The notes: generated by a model from the letters alone, not told the origin. DNA of 64,000 bases from Spirochaetota bacterium (GCA_965205605.1 CBDBHE010000007.1:448001-512000); one strand, 5' to 3'. Numbered from the stretch's first letter, positions 48,333 to 58,828 are shown. A program made the numbers and translations.

Positions 48333-48939
48333 AATTTTTATTACTGGTACAGATACTGGTGTTGGTAAAACTCATTATTCTCTTTTTCTCATCAAACATT
48401 GGCTACAGCAATATGCCCCCAAAAAAATTGCTTATATCAAGCCTTTTCAAACAGGGCTTGAGCATGGTAAAAAAGATGCGGAGATGATCCTAAAAAGTGG
48501 GCTTCCAATTTCCAATATTTATACCTTAAGTCAATTTAAAATGCCTTCCTCCCCTCATTTAGCTGCTAAACAAGCTAAAACTTCTATTGATTTTGAGGGT
48601 TTGGCTGAAAAAACAAATCAACTCTTGAGAGACTATTCTCATGTGATTGTTGAGGGGGCAGGGGGACTGTTGGTGCCTTTAAATCATGAAAAAATGTTAA
48701 TTGATTTTATATTAAATCTTTCTTTAGAAGTTATTTTAGTGTCTCGTTTGTCTTTAGGAACAATTAATCATACACTTAGTAGTGTTTTTTTGTTAAACTA
48801 TTATGGGCTTAAGATTGTAAAAATTGTTCTTAACGAATACTTTAAATCAGACTTAAAAGAGATTAATTTGGATAACAAAAAAACAATCAAATCTTTTTCT
48901 GGAATAAAAACAGAGATTTTTTCAGAAATTAGATTTTAA
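48325..48939 (+). CDS. bioD: Dethiobiotin synthase
   Basis: ITGTDTGVGKT, KPFQTG, SPHLAA, VEGAGGLLVPL, LGTINHT. Confidence 0.96.
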   Translation: MPKIFITGTDTGVGKTHYSLFLIKHWLQQYAPKKIAYIKPFQTGLEHGKKDAEMILKSGLPISNIYTLSQFKMPSSPHLAAKQAKTSIDFEGLAEKTNQLLRDYSHVIVEGAGGLLVPLNHEKMLIDFILNLSLEVILVSRLSLGTINHTLSSVFLLNYYGLKIVKIVLNEYFKSDLKEINLDNKKTIKSFSGIKTEIFSEIRF

Positions 48940-48971
48940 AAAAAATATTTTTTTTAGGATAAATTGGTAGT

Positions 48972-49709
48972 ATGAAAAATAAGAAGATTGAAAATTTTTT
49001 AAATAAAACAAAGTCTTTTTTTAAAGATCATCGTTACTTCATTGTTTCTTTATTGTGCTTAATTGTTTTATTTTTTATTATTTTACCTATTTGGCTTTGG
49101 TACAAAGAGGAAAAAGAAAAAGCACTTAGTTATGAGATTAACGGGTTAATTCAGCAGATTGCTAAAATTGAGATTAGACCTAAGATGCCTCTTATTGATG
49201 AAGATGCTGTGGAAAACGTAAAAAAAAAATTGAATGAAATTTTTAAAAAAAACTCATTTTTTAAAAATGCAACTAGATCTCTTTTTATTAAAGCTCACCT
49301 AGATTATCAACAAGGATATTTAGTAGAATCAAGAAACACGTACTTGAAAATTTTTAAAAAGAAAAGAAAAAATTCACTTGCTCCTCAAGCACTCTATTAT
49401 GCTGCTGTCACCTTTATTGAAGAAGGAGAATATGAAAAAGCAAAAAGTCTTTTAGATCAATTTCAAAAATATTATAGTTCTCATTATTTCTTAGGCGAAG
49501 CCCTTATTTCTAAAGCGCTTACTTTAGAATCTTTAGGAAGATACGATCAAGCAGTTTCTGTTTATGGGGAAATTTTAAAACATCCTTCTTTAGATATTTA
49601 TAAAAATAAAGCCACCAGGTCTCTTCAAATTTTAAAAGCTACCAGGTCACTTCCTTTATTAAAAGAGTCTCCTCCTGCTCAGCAAAAATCTCCTTTTAGT
49701 TTTAATTAA
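48972..49709 (+). CDS. Membrane-anchored TPR protein (YfgM-like)
   Basis: One TM helix followed by TPRs (LAPQALYYAA, ALTLESLGRYDQA). Confidence 0.7.
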   Translation: MKNKKIENFLNKTKSFFKDHRYFIVSLLCLIVLFFIILPIWLWYKEEKEKALSYEINGLIQQIAKIEIRPKMPLIDEDAVENVKKKLNEIFKKNSFFKNATRSLFIKAHLDYQQGYLVESRNTYLKIFKKKRKNSLAPQALYYAAVTFIEEGEYEKAKSLLDQFQKYYSSHYFLGEALISKALTLESLGRYDQAVSVYGEILKHPSLDIYKNKATRSLQILKATRSLPLLKESPPAQQKSPFSFN

Positions 49710-49726
49710 AAATTAATTTTTTTCAA

Positions 49727-50377
49727 TTGAAGCCTTATCATAATTATTTTTTTGATTTAGATGGCACTTTAGTTGATACCATTGATTTAGTTGTTAAATG
49801 TTTTGAAAAATCTCTTGGTGAAAACTTTCAAATTAATAAATCTAGAGAAGAACTTTTACAATACGTAGGACTGCCTTTAAAAAATCAGTTTGAGTTTTTT
49901 TTAAAAGATATTTTAGTTCCGATTGATTATGAAGCTTTATGTCGTTTTCATATGGATTACCAGTTACAAATTTGGAAACAATTCATTCGCCTTTATCCGG
50001 GAGTTTTAGAAGCTCTTGATTTTTTAAAACAACATAATAAAAAACTGGCCATCGTTACTTCTAGAAGGCTTAAAACAACGACCTTGTATTTAAAAGAACT
50101 AGGTCTTTTTGATTTTTTTGACGTCATTATTACCCCAGAAGATACCAAACAACATAAGCCTCATCCAGAACCTCTTTTCAAAGCGTTATCTGCTTTAAAG
50201 GCAAAAGCAAACGATTCTCTTTTTATCGGGGATTCTAATTTTGATATGCTGTGTGCCAAGCAAGCGGGGGTTGATCAATATTTTGTTTTATGGGGCTTTG
50301 GAAAGGAAGCTAATCTTTCTTTAAAACCGACTTATATTAAAACCAATTTAAAACCTCTTTTTTATAAAGGCAAGTAA
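49727..50377 (+). CDS. HAD-IA hydrolase (PpaX-like)
   Basis: FDLDGTLVDT, IVTS, KPHPEP, IGDS. Confidence 0.9.
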   Translation: MKPYHNYFFDLDGTLVDTIDLVVKCFEKSLGENFQINKSREELLQYVGLPLKNQFEFFLKDILVPIDYEALCRFHMDYQLQIWKQFIRLYPGVLEALDFLKQHNKKLAIVTSRRLKTTTLYLKELGLFDFFDVIITPEDTKQHKPHPEPLFKALSALKAKANDSLFIGDSNFDMLCAKQAGVDQYFVLWGFGKEANLSLKPTYIKTNLKPLFYKGK

Positions 50378-52131
50378 ATAGAAAAAGTCGTTTGTTTTGT
50401 CTTAGATTTAAAAACTAATTGTCCTTTATGAGCTTTAATAATTTGCTCACAAATATACAGTCCTAACCCACTTCCTTTAGATTTTGTTGTGTAGTAAGGA
50501 GTAAAGATATACGGTTTTTGATTCTCTTTGATGCCGATGCCATTATCGATAATATCAATGATCCAAAAATTTTTATCATTTTCAAAATTTTTGATATAAG
50601 ATTTAATCGTGATTATTCCTTTTTTACCAGAATTTTTTTCAATACTAAAAATAGCGTTTTGGATTAAATTAGAAAACACTTGTCTTAATTTTTTTTGATC
50701 GATTTTAAGGATCATTGGGTCATTTTTTTTAATCAAAGTATATTTAATAGAAGGGTAATGTTTTAAATAACTTTCAAGATCTTTGATTATTTCTTTACTA
50801 CTGATTTTTTTAGGCTCAACATCTATTTTTTTTGAAAACTTAGAAAAATTTGAAATTAAATTTTCAATGATTTTAATCTCATCATTGATTAAATTAAAGC
50901 TTTCGTTTACCTCATTAAAGATTGCAAAATCTTTTTTAATCAGAGTATTTTGGATTTGATCCGTTGCTAATTTTAAAGGGGTGAGAGGATTTTTAATTTC
51001 GTGAGCGATTTTCATGGCGACTTCTTGCCAGGCTTTGATATGGCTTATTTTTTTAATTTGAATTTGGTTTTCTTTCAGTTTTTTTGCCATTTCTAAAAAT
51101 GATTTGATGAGCTCTTTAATTTCATCAACTCCTTTTTTTTTGATAGACACTTTATAATTTCCTTTTGAAATTTTTCTTGCAGCATCTGTTAAAAGACTAA
51201 TAGGCCCAAACACTTGATTTGAAGAATAATAAAAAATAATCACCCCAATGGAAAAAATAATGATATAAAAATAAATATAGGTAAATAAAAAAGTCTTTTT
51301 TAAAAAAGGTTTAAAAAATTCCAATTGTTTAATTTGTTGAAAAAGACTAAGAGAAATGTATACTTTTCTTTTAAAGCTATTGCCTAAATACGTGCCCCCT
51401 AAAATATATTTCACTTTTTCTCCTTGTAACGAAACAGGATATATTGCATAAACATACCCTTCTTTATAAGTGCTAAAAAAATCTTCTTTAGATTGAATCA
51501 TTGTTTTTAAAGAATAAAGAGGATACGTAAAAGAAGAAGTGCTTTTAATCACAGAAGGTTGATAGGTTTTATTGTAAACAATGAGAACGTCAAGTGAAGA
51601 GGCTTTTAAATTGTTTAGTGGTTTTTGAGCGTAAGTAAAAACTTTGTTTTCATTTTTTATTTTTTCTTTTTTGATTTGATTTTGAATCGTTTTAATATTG
51701 CTATCAAGATCTTTAATTAGATTTTTATTAAAAAATAAATTGATAGAGCTTTCTAAAAGATGATTAATGAGAATACTTGAAGTAATTAAATGAATAAAAG
51801 TAATAAAAAAAAAAAAAGAAACAATTCTAAACCGTATTTTAGTTCCTCTTTTTTTTTTGAGAAAATCAAGAATAATTTGAAGAAGAATTAATATAATAAT
51901 GTAGGTTAAAAAAAGAGGGATGAAGATGCTAAAAACAAGCAATCTTTGAGGAATGATTTTAATAATTTCAGGGGAAATAATAAGGTCTGTTAAAAGCTCA
52001 GCTCCATATAAAAAAATTGAGATGAAAAAAATTGAAATGAAAAAAATAAGATAAGAAGTAAAAGATATTTTTATTAATTTTAAATAAAAAAGTTTTCTAA
52101 TTTTAAATAAAAAAATTCTTTTTCTAGCCAA
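50362..52131 (-). CDS. Membrane sensor histidine kinase (NtrY-like; HAMP-HisKA-HATPase)
   Basis: AWQEVAMKIAHEIKNPLTPL, QVFSNLIQNA, DNGIG, FTPYYTTK..GSGLGL. Confidence 0.92.
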   Translation of the reverse strand: MARKRIFLFKIRKLFYLKLIKISFTSYLIFFISIFFISIFLYGAELLTDLIISPEIIKIIPQRLLVFSIFIPLFLTYIIILILLQIILDFLKKKRGTKIRFRIVSFFFFITFIHLITSSILINHLLESSINLFFNKNLIKDLDSNIKTIQNQIKKEKIKNENKVFTYAQKPLNNLKASSLDVLIVYNKTYQPSVIKSTSSFTYPLYSLKTMIQSKEDFFSTYKEGYVYAIYPVSLQGEKVKYILGGTYLGNSFKRKVYISLSLFQQIKQLEFFKPFLKKTFLFTYIYFYIIIFSIGVIIFYYSSNQVFGPISLLTDAARKISKGNYKVSIKKKGVDEIKELIKSFLEMAKKLKENQIQIKKISHIKAWQEVAMKIAHEIKNPLTPLKLATDQIQNTLIKKDFAIFNEVNESFNLINDEIKIIENLISNFSKFSKKIDVEPKKISSKEIIKDLESYLKHYPSIKYTLIKKNDPMILKIDQKKLRQVFSNLIQNAIFSIEKNSGKKGIITIKSYIKNFENDKNFWIIDIIDNGIGIKENQKPYIFTPYYTTKSKGSGLGLYICEQIIKAHKGQLVFKSKTKQTTFSIYLPL

Positions 52132-52132
52132 T

Positions 52133-52990
52133 TTAGATCCAACTTCCTATTTTATTTCCCATATAAATTTTTTGATTTTCGGTAATTTTTTTTTCTAATT
52201 TAAAGCTATTTTTTTCAAAAAGAAGAATAGTCGTTGATCCTAAATTAAAAACACCGGCCTCATCTCCTTTTTGGATTTTTATTTTGCTTGAGTATTGTTT
52301 TTCAAAACAGAGCTTTGGGGATTTTTTTTTAATCGATTCTTGATAAAAAGATGCATCATAAGATAGGGTAATGTTCCCGACATTTAAAGCACCTACAAGC
52401 ACTAAAGCAAAATGACTTTTATTTTTTTCATAATGAATGACCACTCGTTTGTTTTGTGTATAAACATTATCAAAATGATTAATGGAAAACTTGTTAACAG
52501 GCAACAGTCTGCCGGGATAAAAAATAGTTTTTTTAATACTTGCTTGTAAAGGATGGTGAAATCGATGGTAATCGCCAGGAGCGAGATAAGTGGTCATATA
52601 AAATCCATCGTAGTAGTGAGTGGCTGTATTTTGATTTAATAGGTTTTCTAAACGATAGGTTTTTCCTTTGGCTTGGAAAAGTTTGTTTTTGTTGATTTTA
52701 CCAAAAGAGCCAATGCACCCATCAGAAGGAGAAACAATAGATTCACTGCTTTGGTCAATCTTTCTAGCTTCTTTTTTGAGTTTTCTAGTGAAAAAACTAA
52801 GAATTGTTTCATAATCCTTAGTTTCTAAAAGTGCTTCTTTTGGATCTACTTTTAATTTTTTAATGAAGTAATGTTTAATGACGCCTCTAATAAAAAAACG
52901 AGGTTTTTTTATAGAAACTAAAAAATTAATAATAGGTGAAGCAATAGAAAAACTAAGGAAAAAAAGAATTTTTTTTTTAATAAACAACAT
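52133..52990 (-). CDS. psd: Phosphatidylserine decarboxylase proenzyme
   Basis: FFTRKLK, SPSDG, YLAPGDYHRFH, VGALNVG, FNLGST (LGST cleavage site). Confidence 0.94.
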   Translation of the reverse strand: MLFIKKKILFFLSFSIASPIINFLVSIKKPRFFIRGVIKHYFIKKLKVDPKEALLETKDYETILSFFTRKLKKEARKIDQSSESIVSPSDGCIGSFGKINKNKLFQAKGKTYRLENLLNQNTATHYYDGFYMTTYLAPGDYHRFHHPLQASIKKTIFYPGRLLPVNKFSINHFDNVYTQNKRVVIHYEKNKSHFALVLVGALNVGNITLSYDASFYQESIKKKSPKLCFEKQYSSKIKIQKGDEAGVFNLGSTTILLFEKNSFKLEKKITENQKIYMGNKIGSWI

Positions 52991-53033
52991 TAAGACTTGA
53001 TAAGGAGAGATTTACCCTTAAAACCATTAGTTT

Positions 53034-54510
53034 TTACTTTCCCAACTCTTGATTTTGATAAAGCAAATAATTTTCACTTTCTTTGATAAGTTTATAGTTT
53101 CCTTTGGCTTTCATCAAGTCTTTCATTAAATTTTGATATTCTTTTATATTTTTAAAGCTTCAATTTAGCCCTAAATAGTCTTTTTTTTGGACGATAAAGT
53201 AATCAATGGGTTGCTTTTGATAGCGTTTAATCTGCTCAGGGTATTTTGAATCAAGGTATTTTCCCCTAGCATATCCTGAAAACTCGTACCCAACAATAAA
53301 AAACGGCTGTATTGTGTGAGCGCTCATAATAGTGGCTTCTTTTTTAATGAGGCTTTTAATATTTTTTTCTAAATCCTTTCTTTTTGCCATTCCTTTTTTA
53401 TCAATTATTAATTGGTACCCTTTGATTTCTTTTAAAACCATTTTGTCATACTTGTTTATAGCTGCTAAAACAAGGATAACAAATAAAAACTTAATCGTCT
53501 CCAATATTTTTGATTAACAAAGTGCCACAAATGCTTTATTTTTTTGGAATTTTTTTTTGAAGTGATAGTGTTTTTTAAGATAGAACATTGCAGAAACTTT
53601 TTCGGCTAGCATGTTTTGAAGAAGGGGTAAAATAAATAAAAGGATTTCTTTAGGGGCAAAAAGAGGTAAAAATAAAAAACTAAAAAAGACGATTATTATT
53701 GTATTTCGTCTTCCTTTGCTTAAAAGGAGTTTTTCAAGCCATAGGGGAGGGTTTAAAATCAAATTTTTTAAAACCTCTAGTTTGCTGTTTCCAAGATAGC
53801 GATAGCGGTCAATATAAGTTTCTGTAGTGTGATCTAAGAAAGTCGCTTGCCATTTTTGAATTAATAAAAAATACCCACTCGAAGCTATAAAAAGCAGGAA
53901 CGCTAGTTTTCTTCTTTCTTTTTTAAAACAGAAGAGCCAAACGGCTACAAACGTCATAAAAAAAGGAACGTCTTCTTTGATCATACAAGCAAGAGCCCTT
54001 AAATAACAATCAAAAGATTATTTTTTAAGGTTTTTTTTTGGTGAAATACGTAAAATAACCCCAAAATAAGAGGGGTGAAAAACATCTCCATATGAAACTG
54101 ATAATTCATACGATGAATAAAGGGTGCAAAAACAAAAAGCCCCCAAGAGAAATCGCCAAGGTGTTGTTTTTTAAGATTTTTTTTGATAAATAAAAAACAA
54201 GAAAAAAAGAAATCAAAAAACCTACATGCCCTAAAATAATTAGCACAACAGGGTCGTCCCAGAGTCTAAAAAACTGTCCGATGAAAAATAAAATAGGTGA
54301 AAAGTGATCCCCTAAATAATTTTCTCCTTTAGCGTCACTATAAAAATGCCCTTTCAAAGCAGCATTCCTTGCCACAACAGCAAATATCCCAAAATCAAGC
54401 CTACAATAGTTCATTGCATAATAGGACAGTAACTGTGCCACTAAAAAAAAGAAAAAACTAAGAATGACACTTATTGGTATCCAAAAAATAATTTTTTTTC
54501 TTTTTCTTGA
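53034..54510 (-). pseudogene. Fragmented DUF2079-like membrane protein (putative GT-C fold)
   Basis: Collinear pieces: LDFGIF...LGDHFSPI (54106-54441), NYQFHME in the gap, IKED...RYRYLG (53514-53984), 53160-53504; frameshifts, in-frame stop at 53514, no in-frame start. Confidence 0.7.
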
Positions 54511-54714
54511 GCTTTTTTAAAAATTGTTAAGCTAATAATTGTAAAAAATATTGTATCGATTTTAGCATTGATTAATCCTTATTATTTTTACCTTAGTCTT
54601 TTTAAAGGCTTAAGGACATTTTTTGTATCAATAATATCAATTCATGTTATATTGAAAAATCTTTTTTTTGTAACGCTTTACTTTGAAAGAGAGACTTTTT
54701 TTAGGTTATTTTTG

Positions 54715-55047
54715 ATGAAAATAAATTTTTTTACTAAAAGGTTTATTCTATATTTAGCTTTATTTCTTTTTTTATTTTTTTTTCCGATGATTGTTTTTAA
54801 ACCAATTTCTATTGCAGAATATCACTTTGCAAAATTTCTTCGTATTCCTCCTATGTCAGGTGCGAGTCTTTATATTTTTGGATTTTGGATAGGATTTTTA
54901 ACTTCGATTCCTTTGGTGATTGAATTGACAGTTTTTTTTAGTCATCGTATTAAAGAACGAACCAAGCGTTTAGAAAAACTCAAAATATTGGCAAAACAAG
55001 AAAAAAATTTAAATAAACGTCTCAAAAAATCAAAAAAAATTTTATAA
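54715..55047 (+). CDS. Hypothetical small membrane protein
   Basis: Two hydrophobic helices and a basic tail; ATG 54715 preferred over TTG 54568. Confidence 0.55.
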   Translation: MKINFFTKRFILYLALFLFLFFFPMIVFKPISIAEYHFAKFLRIPPMSGASLYIFGFWIGFLTSIPLVIELTVFFSHRIKERTKRLEKLKILAKQEKNLNKRLKKSKKIL

Positions 55048-55083
55048 TTTTTCTTTTTTTTAAAAAATCTTTTTACATTACAG

Positions 55084-56727
55084 ATGGAATCTAACAAACG
55101 TTCTTTACTTGTTACCGCAGCACTTCCTTATGCTAATGGCGAGATTCATTTGGGACATTTAGTTGAGTATCTTCAAGCTGATTTTTGGGTTCGTTTTCAA
55201 AAAATGAGGGGCCATGAATGTCTGTATTTTTGTGCCGATGATACTCATGGGACTCCTATTATGTTAAGTGCCAAAAAACAAAACACTTCTCCCAAGGAAC
55301 TCATTGAAAGTTATCGAAAAAAACACCTTAAAGATTTTATTGATTTTGAAATCGAATTTTCTCATTATGGTTCTACCGATTCTAAAGAGAATCAAATTCT
55401 TTGTGAGAGTGTTTTTGAAAAAATTCAAATCAATCAAAAACTTTTGAAAAAGCCTATTAAACAGCTTTATAGCTTAAAAGACAAAATGTTTTTGCCTGAT
55501 CGGTTTGTCAAAGGCACGTGTCCTCGCTGTAAAGCTAGTAATCAATATGGAGATAGTTGTGATGCATGCAGTGCTACTTATGATTCAACGGAGCTCATTG
55601 ATCCTGTTTCGACGATTTCAGGGGATAAGCCTGTTGAAAAAGAAAGTGAACATCTTTTTTTTGATCTAGCATCTTTTCAATCATTTCTCTTAAAATGGGT
55701 CTCAGGGCATACTTCTAAAGAAGTTTCTAATAAAATGAATGAATGGCTTAAATCGACTCTTAAACCTTGGAACATTAGTCGGGATCAACCCTATTTTGGA
55801 TTTAAAATACCAGGTTACGAGGGAAAATATTTTTATGTTTGGCTTGATGCCCCTATTGGTTATATTGCTGCCACTAAAGAATGGTGCGATCAAAAAGGTC
55901 TTGATTTCAAAGATTATTGGAAGATAGATTCGCCTGTAGAGCTTTATCATTTTATAGGGAAAGATATTATTTATTTTCATGCGCTTTTTTGGCCTGCTTT
56001 ACTTAAAGTCAGTCACTTTAAAACCCCTAACCATCTTTTTGTCCATGGCTTTCTCACGATTAATGGAGAAAAAATGAGCAAATCAAAAGGAACGTTTATT
56101 CAAGCAAGAGATTATCTCAATCATTTAGACCCTGCTTACTTGCGCTATTATTTAGCTTGTAAAATGGATTCAACGATGAATGATATCGATCTTAATCAAA
56201 ATGACTTTGTTGATAAAGTCAATTCAGAACTTATCGGAAAAATTACAAACTTGATCTCTAGATCGGCTCAAATGCTTACTCGGTTTTTTGATGGCATGCT
56301 TGCTTCACTTTCAGATGAAGGAAAAAAATTATGTTTAGAGGCTAAAAAAAAAGCAGAAAAAATGGCTTGTTTTTATGAAAAAAGAGATTTTTTGAAAGTT
56401 CAAATAGAAATTAGATCCATTGTTGAACAAACCAATCGTTATTTTGATCAAAAAAAACCTTGGCAACTTGTTTCAAAAGAGAAACAAAAAACACAACAAA
56501 TTTTAACTGATACGATTAATCTCTTTCGTATAGCCGCTATTTGTCTTCAGCCAATTTTGCCTACTTATGGTAAAAATGTAGCTTCTCTTTTTAATGAAAA
56601 GGCTTATAAGTGGTCAGATTTAGATAATTTTTTGGAAAATAAGCAAATCAATTCTTACAAGTCTTTAATGGTTCGAATGGATAAAAAGAGTGTCAAAATT
56701 TTTTTTGAAGAAAAATTGATTTATTAA
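55084..56727 (+). CDS. metG: Methionine--tRNA ligase (no C-terminal tRNA-binding appendix)
   Basis: ALPYANG..HLGH, CPRC/CDAC knuckle, YVWLDAPIGY, GKDI, KMSKS. Confidence 0.97.
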   Translation: MESNKRSLLVTAALPYANGEIHLGHLVEYLQADFWVRFQKMRGHECLYFCADDTHGTPIMLSAKKQNTSPKELIESYRKKHLKDFIDFEIEFSHYGSTDSKENQILCESVFEKIQINQKLLKKPIKQLYSLKDKMFLPDRFVKGTCPRCKASNQYGDSCDACSATYDSTELIDPVSTISGDKPVEKESEHLFFDLASFQSFLLKWVSGHTSKEVSNKMNEWLKSTLKPWNISRDQPYFGFKIPGYEGKYFYVWLDAPIGYIAATKEWCDQKGLDFKDYWKIDSPVELYHFIGKDIIYFHALFWPALLKVSHFKTPNHLFVHGFLTINGEKMSKSKGTFIQARDYLNHLDPAYLRYYLACKMDSTMNDIDLNQNDFVDKVNSELIGKITNLISRSAQMLTRFFDGMLASLSDEGKKLCLEAKKKAEKMACFYEKRDFLKVQIEIRSIVEQTNRYFDQKKPWQLVSKEKQKTQQILTDTINLFRIAAICLQPILPTYGKNVASLFNEKAYKWSDLDNFLENKQINSYKSLMVRMDKKSVKIFFEEKLIY

Positions 56728-56787
56728 ATTTTTTTCTTTTTTTTTAAAATATAGGTTGATTGGGTTATAATTAATTGTAAATTTTTT

Positions 56788-58032
56788 ATGTTATTAAGAC
56801 CTAATAAACTTATTCGGTTCCTCGCTCATCGAGATGGAATTGTCAGAAGACGAATTGCTGATTATTTACTTCAGCATAGTGTTAAAAATAATTTGATTGT
56901 TGAGATGAGTTTTAAAGCCCTTTTTGGCTTTGGTTTAAAAAATAATTTAGCGATTCTATATCTTTTAGAAAATCAATTTTTACAAGTAGAAGATTTAAAA
57001 AAACTTCATCTTCTTTGGTTTGAAGCTAGAAAACAAAAATTGTTTCAATCTCTAGAACAAATCCAATCCATTTTTTTAGTGCAAGAAGATGCTTTTTTAA
57101 AAGAAAACAAGCATTATTTTTCGACTGATTTTATTGAAGGGCTTGACGAAATCAAGTGGAAAGAGTATCTTCAACCATTAAGTATTTTAGAAGAAGAAAC
57201 AGAAGAAGTGCTTTGGGATAAACTCCATGTCTTTATCCAAAAAAATCAAAAATCTTTAGAGCAAATTGATATTTTTGAAGGCCAACTCATTATTGATGCA
57301 TTAAAATCAAAATACACAGGTCGTTATCATCGAGATATTAAGTATTTTTTAAAAAATGCCTCTAAATCTAAATCTATTTTAAAAGCTTTTTTTTATGTTT
57401 TGCTCGTTGATAATCTTAAATTAAAAGATTTAGTTCCTTTTTTATTTAATCTTTATAAAAACGAAGCTTTTGAAGTGTTGTTTTCAGAAGTTTCTTTTAC
57501 GATTGCTTCTTTTAATGATGAAACTTTTTTAACAGATGCTTTTGGTTATTATCAAAAAGCCTCTTCTTTTTCTAAAGAAGCATTTGCTTCTATTTTTGGT
57601 TTTTTTGCCAGTGAAAAAAGTGAATCTTTTTTATTAAATCTTTATAAAGAAGAAAAAAAACTTAAAAATCAATTAAATTTGTGCCTTTCTTTAGAAGATA
57701 TTTTCTCGACTCACTTTATCCCAAAAGCGCTTGATCTTATTGAAAAAGGCTACAACCGTAGCGTGGTTGTTTTGGAAGAAGAGCTGCTTGTGTATGCAGC
57801 GGTTACAGGGGAGGTTATTAAAGATCTAGGGGAGTTTGCTGCTGAATATTTTGAAAGGAAAGATAAAAAAAAAAAAGTAGCCAAGCGTATTAATCAATTA
57901 AGCCCTAATAAAAAAGATTCTTTTCTTTTCGAGCAAGACTTACTGCATTATTCATCTAGAGTTTATACAGGTAGAAATAAACTTTGCCCTTGTGGATCAG
58001 GGAAAAAATACAAAAGCTGTTGTATGTTTTAG
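56788..58032 (+). CDS. Helical (HEAT-like) protein with C-terminal SEC-C motif
   Basis: C-terminal GRNKLCPCGSGKKYKSCC. Confidence 0.8.
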   Translation: MLLRPNKLIRFLAHRDGIVRRRIADYLLQHSVKNNLIVEMSFKALFGFGLKNNLAILYLLENQFLQVEDLKKLHLLWFEARKQKLFQSLEQIQSIFLVQEDAFLKENKHYFSTDFIEGLDEIKWKEYLQPLSILEEETEEVLWDKLHVFIQKNQKSLEQIDIFEGQLIIDALKSKYTGRYHRDIKYFLKNASKSKSILKAFFYVLLVDNLKLKDLVPFLFNLYKNEAFEVLFSEVSFTIASFNDETFLTDAFGYYQKASSFSKEAFASIFGFFASEKSESFLLNLYKEEKKLKNQLNLCLSLEDIFSTHFIPKALDLIEKGYNRSVVVLEEELLVYAAVTGEVIKDLGEFAAEYFERKDKKKKVAKRINQLSPNKKDSFLFEQDLLHYSSRVYTGRNKLCPCGSGKKYKSCCMF

Positions 58033-58108
58033 TTTTTTTAAATTACTGTTTTAAATCAAATTCACTTCTTATTTTTCCGATACTTTGTTTGTTAGATCAC
58101 AAAGTACT

Positions 58109-58693
58109 ATGAATTTTTTAAACAAAATAATTTTTCTTTTTTTTTTGTTAATGAGCGTTGGGTTTAGTCGAAAACTTGCTTATGTAGAAGAGTTTTATCG
58201 GCTTTATTATTTACCATCGTATTATAGTGAAGATGATTTACAGCGCAATGTTTTTTGGCTTCAAGTTGCACTCAAGGCACCGTTTTCACCCCCGATTCAA
58301 GCCTTGTGGGTTGCACAGACAAAAAAACAGTATGAAAAGTATTGTGTGTTGATGAAGATGCATATTCATTATTTAATGGTTAAAAATTTAGTTTATACGG
58401 CTGCTCGATTTGATAAGCATGAGCTTGCTTTTCATGATAAACCTTTTAAAAAAGAAATTTTAGAATCTTTAGCAGTAGCTCGTTATTATTATCAGTTTGG
58501 CCTTGTTTATTGGGAGCAAGTTTTAGTGTTTCAAAAAGAAGCTAGTGAAATGGGTTTAAAAACACGAGTTAATTTAGATTTTTTAAATGATCTTGCTTTT
58601 AGAGTAAGGACAAGAGAGCTTGATTATAAGCGGATTATTACAAGAAAAATTTTAGAATTAGAAAAAAAAGTTGTTTTTTATGAAAATTTATAG
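58109..58693 (+). CDS. Exported hypothetical protein
   Basis: Signal peptide after ATG 58109; well-formed ORF, no recognised function. Confidence 0.7.
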   Translation: MNFLNKIIFLFFLLMSVGFSRKLAYVEEFYRLYYLPSYYSEDDLQRNVFWLQVALKAPFSPPIQALWVAQTKKQYEKYCVLMKMHIHYLMVKNLVYTAARFDKHELAFHDKPFKKEILESLAVARYYYQFGLVYWEQVLVFQKEASEMGLKTRVNLDFLNDLAFRVRTRELDYKRIITRKILELEKKVVFYENL

Positions 58694-58752
58694 TTTTTTT
58701 GTTAAAAAATAGAAATTTAAGAGCTTTTAAAATAAAAACTCGATAAAGCTTG

Positions 58753-58828
58753 TTGACTTAAGTGATGTCTTATCTTATGATGGTTGTTGCCTTTTTTATT
58801 AATTTGAAGAAGGTTTTGATCTTTGACA
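58753..58828 (+). promoter_or_regulatory. 16S rRNA promoter and boxA-like antiterminator
   Basis: TTGACT (58753), 17 bp, TATGAT (58776); TGATCTTTGACA at 58817. Confidence 0.7.

Noticed and set aside
1364-55980. Antisense or alternate-frame ORFs nested in larger genes (e.g. 1364, 2039, 2973, 6730, 9863, 11176, 14494, 15094, 15874, 16330, 20954, 21392, 21656, 22183, 26677, 33345, 38940, 44524, 45177, 46307, 53332, 55702, 55739)
   Set aside because: Shadow ORFs over well-supported genes, with no motifs of their own
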